A stretch of DNA of 64,000 nucleotides from Bryobacterales bacterium (GTDB lineage Bacteria > Acidobacteriota > Terriglobia > Bryobacterales > UBA6623): NCBI GenBank assembly GCA_963422375.2, contig OY729427.2, positions 1,344,001 through 1,408,000 on the forward strand, given 5' to 3'. Shown piece after piece: positions 28,340 to 36,807 of this stretch. The number at the start of each line of letters is the position of its first letter. The first letter of the stretch is position 1. A program made the translations under genes and the position numbers. The notes under the pieces were generated by a model. It was given only the letters and a program-made list of their open reading frames with translations. It was not told the origin of the DNA and ran no database searches.

Positions 28340-28345
28340 TATAAT
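28340..28345 (+). promoter_or_regulatory. Consensus -10 box (TATAAT) 8 nt before the SDR ATG
   Basis: TATAAT at 28340-28345, ATG at 28354, no SD. Confidence 0.5.
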
Positions 28346-28353
28346 TGGGGCCG

Positions 28354-29112
28354 ATGGCCTCGCAGCCTCCCTTCCGCCTCGATGGCCGAACGGCGCTGGT
28401 GACCGGAGGGGCGAGCGGAATCGGCGAGCGGACCGTGCGGGCGCTGGCCGGCAGCGGGGCGCACGTGCTCGTCGCGGATATCAACGAAGGCGCGGCCCGG
28501 GCCCTGGCGGCCGAGGTCGGAAACGCCGCGGCGATCCGCCTTGACGTGACGGATCCGTCCGGCATCGTACCGGCTCTCGGCCAGGTCGAGGCTCTCGACA
28601 TCCTCGTCAACAACGCCGGCATCGGGCACGTCGGCTCGGTCGAGGAGTGCCCTGTCGACGAGTGGAGGGCCGTCATGCGGGTCAACGCCGAGGGCGTCTT
28701 CCTCGTCACCCAAGCGGCCCTGCCCCTGCTGCTGCGATCCGCCTGTCCGAGCGTCGTGAATATCGCGTCCGTTGCCGGCCTAGTCGGCGTCAAGCGGCGC
28801 TTCGCGTATTGCGCCTCCAAGGGTGCGGTGGTCAGCATGACCCGCTCGCTCGCGGCGGACTACGCCGGTCGGCTGCGAGTCAATTGCGTCTGCCCCGGCA
28901 CGGTCGACACGCCCTTCGTCGAGGCCTACTTGGAGAAATACCATAGCCACGAGAAGGTCGCGGTGCGCAAGCAGCTCGACGCCCGCCAGCCGGTCGGGCG
29001 ACTCGGCAGGCCGGAAGAGATCGCCCACCTCGTGCTGTACCTCTGCTCCGACGAAGCCGAGTTCGTGCATGGCGCGACGATGGCGATCGACGGCGGCTGG
29101 ACCGCGCTCTAG
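28354..29112 (+). CDS. Short-chain dehydrogenase/reductase
   Basis: TGGASGIG, NNAG, YCASK, NCVCPG, GRLGRPEEIA. Confidence 0.93.
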   Translation: MASQPPFRLDGRTALVTGGASGIGERTVRALAGSGAHVLVADINEGAARALAAEVGNAAAIRLDVTDPSGIVPALGQVEALDILVNNAGIGHVGSVEECPVDEWRAVMRVNAEGVFLVTQAALPLLLRSACPSVVNIASVAGLVGVKRRFAYCASKGAVVSMTRSLAADYAGRLRVNCVCPGTVDTPFVEAYLEKYHSHEKVAVRKQLDARQPVGRLGRPEEIAHLVLYLCSDEAEFVHGATMAIDGGWTAL

Positions 29113-29172
29113 CCCGGGGCGCGGCGGTGGCGCCGGGAGCGAGCGGTCGCACTGACGAGCCCCTTCCGTACC

Positions 29173-31452
29173 ATGAAGCTTGGCGCACGCCGCCCGCCCA
29201 TGCACGGCCGCCCAACGCCCATCCTGAAGGACTTGGTGCTCGTCGGCGGCGGGCACAGTCACATCACCGTGCTGAAACGGTTCGGCATGGATCACGTGCC
29301 GGGCGTGCAGCTGACGTTGGTGTGCCGGGACGTCCACACGCCGTACTCGGGGATGCTGCCGGGCCTGATCGCGGGGCACTACACCTACGACGAGGCGCAC
29401 ATCGACCTGCGCAAGCTCGCCATCTTCGCCGGCGCCCGATTCGTGCACGACGAAGCGATCCGGCTGGATCCGGCGGGACGCAGGCTGCTCTTCCGCGACC
29501 GGCCCGCGATGCGCTACGACCTGCTCTCCCTGAACATCGGATCGACCCCCGACACGCGCCGCGTTCCGGGTGCCGCGGAACTCGCCGTGCCCGTGAAGCC
29601 GATCAGCGAGTTCCTGCCGCGCTGGAACGCGCTGCTGCGGCGCCTCCAGGGCGTCGGGGGGCGCCCTCGCATCGCCGTGGTCGGAGCCGGCGCGGGAGGC
29701 GTCGAGCTGGCCCTCGCGATCCAGCACCGGCTGCGGTCGAGCCGCGGCCCGTCCGGCGCTACCGCGGACCCCCACATCCACCTGTTCAGCGCGACGACGG
29801 CGATCCTGCCCAAGCACGGCTCGCTCGCCAGGCGGAAGTTCGAGCGAATCCTCGCGGAGCGCGGCATCTCGGTGCATTGCGGCTCGCGCGTCCGCGAGGT
29901 CACCGCGGACGGCCTGATCACCGCGGACGGCTGGCGAGGCAGGTTCAACGAGGTTGTCTGGGTGACCAAGGCCGCAGCCGCCGGCTGGATAGCGGAGTCG
30001 GGCCTCGCCACGAGCGAGGGCGGCTTCGCGCGGGTCGACGAGGCCTTGCGCTCCGTGTCCCACCCGAACGTGTTCGCCGCCGGGGACGTGGCCGACGTGG
30101 AGGACCATCCGCGCCAGAAGGCCGGCGTGTTCGCCGTCCGCCAGGGCCGGCCGCTCGAGCGGAACCTGCGCCGGGCCCTCTGGGGCAGGCCGCCGCTGCC
30201 GTTCCGACCGCAGCGGCGCTTCCTCAGCCTCGTCAGCACGGGAGACCGTTACGCGGTCGCTTTCCGGGGAGGCTGGTCGGTCGAGGGCGTGTGGGCCTGG
30301 AAGTGGAAGGACTGGATCGACCGGCGGTTCATGGCCAAGTACCGCGACCTCCCGGAAATGGCCAGCGCGGATCCCCGGCCGGCAGAGCCGCCGGTCGCGA
30401 CGGGCGAGGCGCCCCCTCCCGAGCGCGATATCCGCTGCCGGGGATGCGCCTCCAAGATCGGCGCGGCCGCGCTTGTCGGCGCCCTCGACTCGATCGAGCC
30501 CTTCTGGCGCGAGGACGTTCCGGCGGGGCTGGCGACCCGCGACGACGCGGCGGTCCTCGACGTGCCCCCCGGCAAGTCGTTGGTGCAGTCGGTGGACTTC
30601 TTCCCGGCCATCGTGGACGACCCCTACCTGTTCGGGAAGATCGCAGCCAACCACGCCCTGAGCGACATCTACGCGATGGGCGCCGTGCCGCAGTCGGCAC
30701 TGGCCGTCGCGGGTATTCCGTTCGCGGCGTCGGACAAGTCCGAGGACCTGCTGCGGCAGATGCTCCTGGGCGCCAACGAGACCTTCCGCGAGGCGCAGAC
30801 GAACCTCGCGGGCGGGCACACCAGCGAGTGCCCGGAATTGGCGCTCGGCTTCGTGGTCAACGGCCTGGCCGATCGCGGCCGCCTGCTGCGCAAGGCCGGC
30901 CTGCGGCGCGGCGACGCGCTCATCCTGACCAAGGCGCTGGGAACCGGCGTGCTGTTCGCCGCCGAGATGCGGCTCGCCGTGAAGGGGCGTTGGATCGACG
31001 CCGCGATCCGGTCGATGCTGCAGTCCTCCCGGTGCGCGGCGGAAATCCTGCGGGCGCACGGCGCGGCGGCCTGCACGGACATCACCGGATTCGGGCTGGC
31101 GGGCCACCTAGTCGAGATGCTGGAAGCGTCCGGCGCGGCAGCGGCGATCGAGCTGGACGCCCTGCCGGGGATCCCCGGAGCGGCGGAGTGCGTGGACTCG
31201 GGCGTCCGCAGCTCCCTCTATCCGGACAACGCGAAGATCTGGGAACGGGCGGCCAACGGAGCCGGGACGCCGCGGCACGCGCTGTTCCCGCTGCTCTTCG
31301 ACCCGCAGACCTCGGGCGGACTGCTAGCGGGGATCCCCGAGGAAAGCGCGGCGGCCTGCCTGCAGGACCTGCAAGCGGCCGGGTACGCCCGGGCCGCGCG
31401 GATCGGCTGCGTGCGCGAGCGGGCAGGCGCGAGCATCCTCGTCGCGCGATAG
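29173..31452 (+). CDS. selD: Selenide, water dikinase SelD fused to an N-terminal FAD-dependent oxidoreductase
   Basis: GGGHSH, YSGMLPG, GAGAGG, FAAGD N-domain; CRGCASK, DDAA, SVDFF, ALSDIYAMG, GGHT, TDITGFGL.GHL, DPQTSGGLL. Confidence 0.93.
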   Translation: MKLGARRPPMHGRPTPILKDLVLVGGGHSHITVLKRFGMDHVPGVQLTLVCRDVHTPYSGMLPGLIAGHYTYDEAHIDLRKLAIFAGARFVHDEAIRLDPAGRRLLFRDRPAMRYDLLSLNIGSTPDTRRVPGAAELAVPVKPISEFLPRWNALLRRLQGVGGRPRIAVVGAGAGGVELALAIQHRLRSSRGPSGATADPHIHLFSATTAILPKHGSLARRKFERILAERGISVHCGSRVREVTADGLITADGWRGRFNEVVWVTKAAAAGWIAESGLATSEGGFARVDEALRSVSHPNVFAAGDVADVEDHPRQKAGVFAVRQGRPLERNLRRALWGRPPLPFRPQRRFLSLVSTGDRYAVAFRGGWSVEGVWAWKWKDWIDRRFMAKYRDLPEMASADPRPAEPPVATGEAPPPERDIRCRGCASKIGAAALVGALDSIEPFWREDVPAGLATRDDAAVLDVPPGKSLVQSVDFFPAIVDDPYLFGKIAANHALSDIYAMGAVPQSALAVAGIPFAASDKSEDLLRQMLLGANETFREAQTNLAGGHTSECPELALGFVVNGLADRGRLLRKAGLRRGDALILTKALGTGVLFAAEMRLAVKGRWIDAAIRSMLQSSRCAAEILRAHGAAACTDITGFGLAGHLVEMLEASGAAAAIELDALPGIPGAAECVDSGVRSSLYPDNAKIWERAANGAGTPRHALFPLLFDPQTSGGLLAGIPEESAAACLQDLQAAGYARAARIGCVRERAGASILVAR

Positions 31453-31478
31453 CGCGGCGGGACGTCGCGCGGAGGCCA

Positions 31479-32543
31479 TCAGCGGAAGAAGAGCTCCTGG
31501 CCCGCCACGGCCAGCGCGTGCGCGACCATGGCAGCCGTCACGCTGCCCGCTAGGGCGTACGCCCTGCCGCAGAACCATCCGAGCACGGCGGCCGTCGCGG
31601 CGTAGGGAAGGTTGGGGAACGCCCCCCGGCCGAGGTGGACCGCCCCGAAGACCAGGGCGGAGAGGCCCTGCGCGAGCCTCGGCCTGCCGGTCGAGGCCGC
31701 GACCAGGTTCTGCACGACGCCGCGCAGCAGGAATTCCTCCGCGAGGGCCGTCGTGCAGTAAATCCCCACCAGCTTCGCCAGGGCCTCTCCCACGTCGCGA
31801 ACCGGCGTGACGAGCGGAGGGTCCCATTGCAAGTAGCCGGTCGAGACGCCCACCGCCACCACCCACGGCAGCGAATAGCCGGAACTTTCCAGCCCGACCT
31901 TCCAGTCGCGACGCGTCGGCACGAGACGGAAGCCCGTGCCCTGCAGGCGTCGGAGTTCTAGGAACGCGTACATGCCGAGCGGGATCAGCATGAGCTTTCC
32001 CAGAGCGTCCAAGCGGTGCGCCGGCGGCGCGAATCCCTGATAGACCTCCCGGAACAGCGTGCTCAGGCCGCTGATCATCGGGTAGGCCAGAGCACAGGAC
32101 ACCAGCGCGTCCTGCCATCGGAAGCTGCGCCGGGTCGTAGGGAAAAGCGCATACGGGAACGCGACGCAGGAGCAGAGCAGGGCCAGCCGGGACGCCGACC
32201 AGAGCGAGGACCGGCCGGTCGGCACCGTATAGATTAGGTACGGCGCGACCGAGACAGCCACAAGGAGCGCAGCAAGTCGGACGGGCGCGAAATTGGTCCG
32301 AACAACCTGGCGAGCCGCCCCCGACACAGCCCCGCAGTAGAGAGCGGCCTGCCAGCAGAACGCTGCCGTGACCGGCACCGCGATGCCGACCTCGAAGCCG
32401 AAGCGGCGCGCCAGAGTCCATCCGGCGGCTGCCAGGATCGCGCAGAGGCCTGCCGTGCAGGCTAGAAACGGGCGCAGTCGCGGCTCGACGGCGCTGTCCG
32501 CCGGAGTCAACGCATCTATCTTAGCGAGCGCGTCACAAGCCAT
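31479..32543 (-). CDS. CPBP/Abi (CAAX-like) intramembrane metalloprotease
   Basis: Multiple TM segments; AEEFLLRG, FGAVH, AHAL motifs. Confidence 0.85.
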   Translation of the reverse strand: MACDALAKIDALTPADSAVEPRLRPFLACTAGLCAILAAAGWTLARRFGFEVGIAVPVTAAFCWQAALYCGAVSGAARQVVRTNFAPVRLAALLVAVSVAPYLIYTVPTGRSSLWSASRLALLCSCVAFPYALFPTTRRSFRWQDALVSCALAYPMISGLSTLFREVYQGFAPPAHRLDALGKLMLIPLGMYAFLELRRLQGTGFRLVPTRRDWKVGLESSGYSLPWVVAVGVSTGYLQWDPPLVTPVRDVGEALAKLVGIYCTTALAEEFLLRGVVQNLVAASTGRPRLAQGLSALVFGAVHLGRGAFPNLPYAATAAVLGWFCGRAYALAGSVTAAMVAHALAVAGQELFFR

Positions 32544-32609
32544 TGCTGCCCTGGGCGATTCTTGGGAGCACCCCGTGCGTGCCGCGGATGTCCGGTACGA
32601 GGCGGACCC

Positions 32610-33240
32610 TCAGGCCGGGAGGAGCCGCCTTCGAGGTGATTCACACATGCCGATGACCTCGACGGTGGCGTCGTCGAGGGCCGCGAAGAGCGAAGTGACC
32701 CCGTTGCGCTTGCAGTCGTGCGTCAGCCGCTCCGGTACTTCGCGCCCCACCAGCAGCACCGGCTGGGTGCGATCGCGCGCCCGGAACCGCGAATTCCCGT
32801 CCGCGCTCAGCATCACCACCCGCTCGGGCGAAGCTAGTTGCAGTCCGAGGATATCCCGGGAATTCTCGACGAACACGGGGTCTTGCGACAGCTATAGGGT
32901 CTCGCTGCGATGCGGGTCGAGGGCGTCCGACTTAACGCCCGCCAGATGCGGCTCGCGCTGGAGGAACTGGAATCGAAGTCGCCGGCCATCGCGCAGGTGT
33001 TCCGGCGCGCGGCCTCGCAGGGCACGAACTCCAGCGCGCGGGTGAACATGCGCTGCACTTGCCAGCCGCGACGCGGGTAGTGCCGGGCGGGCGTTCCGCG
33101 GCGGCATCGCTGCGGACCTCGGCGCACTTCGTGACCATGCGAGCCGGCAAGGCCAGCGCCTAGGCGGTTTCCGACCGCTGCATCTTCTCGCGTCGCTGTG
33201 GTGACGGCTCCGGCACGGCTCTGGCGTGGTGGTTCGGCAC
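32610..33240 (-). pseudogene. IS630-family transposase remnant (stops, frameshifts, truncated)
   Basis: ALALPARMV..CAE N-terminus; RTQPVL...PERLTHDCKRNGVTSLFAALD.AT.EVIGMC core. Confidence 0.75.
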
Positions 33241-33345
33241 CGTGCGTACCCCTTCCGATTGGGAATTATATATCTGAGCGCCGAGGCAACCTATTTGGCA
33301 AATTATCAATCCATAACTTAATTTGATATTTCTTCCGGATATCTG

Positions 33346-33375
33346 TTGACAGTCTGTAGAGTGTCTTGATAGAAT
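33346..33375 (+). promoter_or_regulatory. Near-consensus promoter of the IS1595 transposase
   Basis: TTGACA-N18-TAGAAT with an extended -10 TG. Confidence 0.6.
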
Positions 33376-33398
33376 AGTTCCAATATACGAGGTCGTCG

Positions 33399-34571
33399 TT
33401 GAAGAAGGCGAAGCAGAAAGGTCCCGGGAAGTGGTTTCGTAAAGGCATCACCTTGATCGAAGTGATTGCCATGTTCCCCGATGACGAATCCGCGGAAAAG
33501 TGGTTCGCCTCCGTGCGCTGGCCGGACGGTCCGGCATGCCCCCGCTGCCGCGGCTCCAGCGTGCAGTCCGGCGCGGCCCACCCTTCGATGCCGTACCGTT
33601 GCCGCGGTTGCGGCAAGCGCTTTTCCGTGCGCACCGGCAGCGTGATGGCCGACGCCAAGCTCGGCTACCGCGTCCGGGCCGTGGCCCTGTTCCTGCTGAC
33701 CACCGGCCTCCAGGGCGTCTCCGGCATGAAGCTGCACCGCGACCCGGGCATCAGCCGGAAGTCGGCCTGGCACTTGGCGCACCGCATCCGCGCGTGCCGG
33801 GAGCGGGATCGGGACCTGTTCGTCGGCCCGGTGGAAGTGGACGAGACCTGCGTCGGCGGCAAGGAGCGCAACAAGCACGAGAGCAAGAAGGCCCGCGCCG
33901 GGCGCGGGCCGGTCGGCAAGACCCCCGTGGCGGGCGCGCAGGTCCGCTCCGACGAGGCGGCGGCCTGCGCCGGCATGGAGGAGTTCTCGCACGAAGCCGT
34001 CAGGCACTCCGGCGGCGAGTACGTGCGCGGGACAGCGCATGCGAACGGCATCGAGTCGTTCCGGTCCCTGTTCAAGCGCGGCCTCTACGGAACCTATCAC
34101 CGGATGAGCGTCCGTCATTCGGGCCGCTACCTCACGGAGTTCGCGGGACGGCGCAACGCCCGCAACTGCGACACGGCGGAACGGATGCGGCGCATGGCGC
34201 GGGGCCCGGTCGGCCGGACGCTGACCTACCGGCAGCTGGTCGGCAAGGCCGCGGTCGCGGCCCGAGCACGGCCTGGCCGGTCCGCTGCGGCCTCTCTTCA
34301 CGCTCGGTGCGAAGGGCGCTCCGGATCCGGAATCCCGCGCCGCGACCGGTGTCCAGCCCGGACGATTCATAGATGCAGCCGCCCTGGAAGGGGAGCCTCT
34401 CCACGGCAATCCGGGTTCCACCGGGGCGCCCGAGGCGGCCTCTCCGGTCCGTGCGTCGCGAGATCCGCTTGCAGGCGCAATTCAGATACGAACCGACCTT
34501 TCGGCGCCCACCTCGGCCGCACACGAAAGATCCGAGCTAGACGCCGACGTCCCCAATCAGAGCAGTTCTAG
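33399..34571 (+). pseudogene. IS1595/ISXO2-type transposase with internal deletion and read-through C-terminus
   Basis: Zn ribbon CPRC..CRGC, VEVDET, SDEA, NGIESF; segment between GKTPVAG and AQVRSDE missing relative to copy 2. Confidence 0.8.
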
Positions 34572-34714
34572 CCGGATATGGCGTCGTCGGCACTCAGATA
34601 TGTAATTCCCTTCCGATTCCATCCTGAAGTCCTAGTCACATTAGGAGCCTTGCTAGCTCCCGAGCCGGCGAACCCCGAACCCGGACCGCCCGGTGCCCCG
34701 GCTCGATTCAAGGG

Positions 34715-34790
34715 ACGGCCGACCGGGCTGGACACGGCGGACCGTGTCTTCAACCTCACGGCACAGCATCGCCCGTGGGTTGCCGAGTGC
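34715..34790 (+). pseudogene. Possible IS3-family integrase fragment
   Basis: DTADRVFNLTAQHRPWVAE resembles the DL..R.F.A..PN..WVAD motif. Confidence 0.3.
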
Positions 34791-35039
34791 CCTCGGTCCA
34801 AGTTGATCGCGCCGGGGCCACGGTCACTTCGACGACACCCAGCCGGGCCGTGGCCGAGGCGACGCCTGCCCTCCCAGGTCGCGCAATGATGGATTGTGAA
34901 ACTCAGAGATCACGCGACAGTACTGAGGAGCGGGAAGGTCGTTTTTCCGTCCGAGCTCTCTGCTGAGACCAGTTCCTCCTCTTGAATGCAGTAGAATTTC
35001 TGCATGGATCCCTTCCACTTCGACGACTCTCGGTGATCC

Positions 35040-35355
35040 CGCATAAGCCTAAGATCGATGTCCAGAATTTCGTCGTCACACAATTCACTCTTGGCTATGT
35101 TCCTGAAGAACTCGCGCAGAACTTCGGCATCGGAACCGTCAAGTCTTGGGTGGCTAGATTCGTCGCCGGAGGCATGGCGGCCCTAGACGACCGGCCCAAG
35201 AAAGGACGACCTCGCATCATGACCGAGGACCACGCGCAATGCATCTTCCATACTGTTGTCGATGATAATCCCCAACAGCTCAAGTTAGAGTTCGCCCATT
35301 GGACGGTCCAGCGAGTCGGTCTGGCCCTCATCGACGAGGTCGGCATCGAGGTCAG
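35040..35355 (+). pseudogene. IS630-type transposase N-terminal HTH fragment
   Basis: TVKSWVARFVAGGMAALDDRPKKGRPRI...NPQQLKLEFAHWT. Confidence 0.65.
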
Positions 35356-35426
35356 GGGACGCAGAATGGACAGCCGAGGCCGAGTTCGCGAAGACGGTCC
35401 GCACGAGGGAGGCGGGGCCGCCCGCC

Positions 35427-35967
35427 GTGCGGGCCGGCTACACTCTCTTGGACGTCTCCCGAGTCGCCTTGGAGGGTCCCGGCTTGGAAGCGAGCCCCGT
35501 CGCGGCGCTGTTCCGATTCGAGCGCAACAGGAACTCGACGCGGGTGGCGGCGCTGGCGCGGGAGCTGCTGGACCGTCTCGAGCGGGTCGGCGCCATGCAA
35601 GCGTGGAGAGTTCCGGCACTGGCTGGACAACTGGCTGCCCCGCCGCTTTCCGGGGCAGACGCTGCCGGACTTCGATGACCGAGAGGAGATGGACAAGATG
35701 CTTGCAGAGAGAGTCGCCTTCTGGGAAGAACAACTCCGGAACGAAGGCGAACGGAAGGGCGAGAGCAGAGGCGTCCAGCGGACCGAGGCACGTCAGAAGG
35801 CGCGTCTGGAGCGACAGGCTCGCCTGCGCTTCGGTGACTCGGTGACGCGACAGCTCGGCGACTGGCTCCAGTCGCGCTCCGGCCCGAAGGGACTGGACGA
35901 AGCCGCGGACTGGATCGTGATTTGTGACTCCGCGGACGACTTGCTCGCCCGCATCCGAGCCGAGTGA
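35427..35967 (+). pseudogene. Rpn/YhgA-like nuclease 3' remnant (frameshifted); C-terminal ORF 35698-35967 intact
   Basis: YTLLD..., SPVAALFRFE, then a frameshift to EFRHWL..RRFPG...EEMDKMLAER...EG..KG..RQARLRFG...WIV.C.S.DDLLAR. Confidence 0.75.
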
Positions 35968-36211
35968 GGAGATCGCGATTCTCCTTCCGGGACCAAGGCA
36001 GTTCCCGCCTCGGGTCGCTTCCGTCGCCAGCGAAATCAAGTCCACAGGCCCGTCGGGGCCTTGGTCAAGGCGCTCACGGAGTGCATCTAGCGGTTCGGAT
36101 CAGTGGCGGCTCGGAGGGCCGCCGCTGACCCGGCGAAACGATCTCGGCGACCTGCGAGGCCGAGAGATGCAGCTGATCGATACTGCCCTTCCATGTAGAA
36201 TCGAAGCACTC

Positions 36212-36796
36212 ATGCGCCTCCTCGCAGCCGCTCTCGCGCTTTGCATCACGCCGGCCGCCCAGCCGACGGGCCATCTGGGCAAGGCGCTGCCGGAGTGGAT
36301 GTCCGACCTCGAATCGGCAGAGGGCGTGACTCGCGTGGTTGCCGCTCGCTCTATCGGGGAGATGGCGCTGGCGGGCTGGGAGGGGGCCGAGCGCGCGCTG
36401 ATCGCGGCCGCCGCTCATCGCGATGGTTCCGTGCGATTCTGGGCCGTGACGGCGCTGGCCCGGCTGCGTGAACGATCCCCGCAGGGGCTCGATACGCTGC
36501 GCAGGGCGCTCGAGGATGCCGTCCCGGAGGTCCGCGTCCAAGGGGCCCGCGGGCTGGTCGGCTCGCCCGCGGAGCGGGCCGGCCTCGACACTCTCGCGGA
36601 GCTCCTGTCTCACCCCAATCCCGGAGTGCGCCTGCATGCCGCCCACGCGGCGGATGCTATCGGCGACAGGGCCGGCCCGCTCGCCGACAAGCTTCGAGCG
36701 GCGACGAGCGACCCGTTCGACTACGTCCAGCGAGTCGCCCGACATGCTCTCTGGACGCTGGGGCAACGGCCGTGCCCCTACCGCGAGTGCCTGTGA
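36212..36796 (+). CDS. HEAT-repeat exported protein
   Basis: Signal peptide; repeats D.SVRFWA..AL, PEVRVQGA..L, PGVRLHAA.A, YVQRVA..AL. Confidence 0.8.
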   Translation: MRLLAAALALCITPAAQPTGHLGKALPEWMSDLESAEGVTRVVAARSIGEMALAGWEGAERALIAAAAHRDGSVRFWAVTALARLRERSPQGLDTLRRALEDAVPEVRVQGARGLVGSPAERAGLDTLAELLSHPNPGVRLHAAHAADAIGDRAGPLADKLRAATSDPFDYVQRVARHALWTLGQRPCPYRECL

Positions 36797-36807
36797 GGCA
36801 TACCGGC

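Larger units (their letters stand above)
33261..34610 (+). mobile_element. IS1595-family element, copy 1 (1350 bp)
   Basis: 24-bp TIRs GGGAATTATATATCTGAGCGCCGA and (reverse complement) GGGAATTACATATCTGAGTGCCGA; 8-bp target duplication TTCCGATT at 33253-33260 and 34611-34618. Confidence 0.93.
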
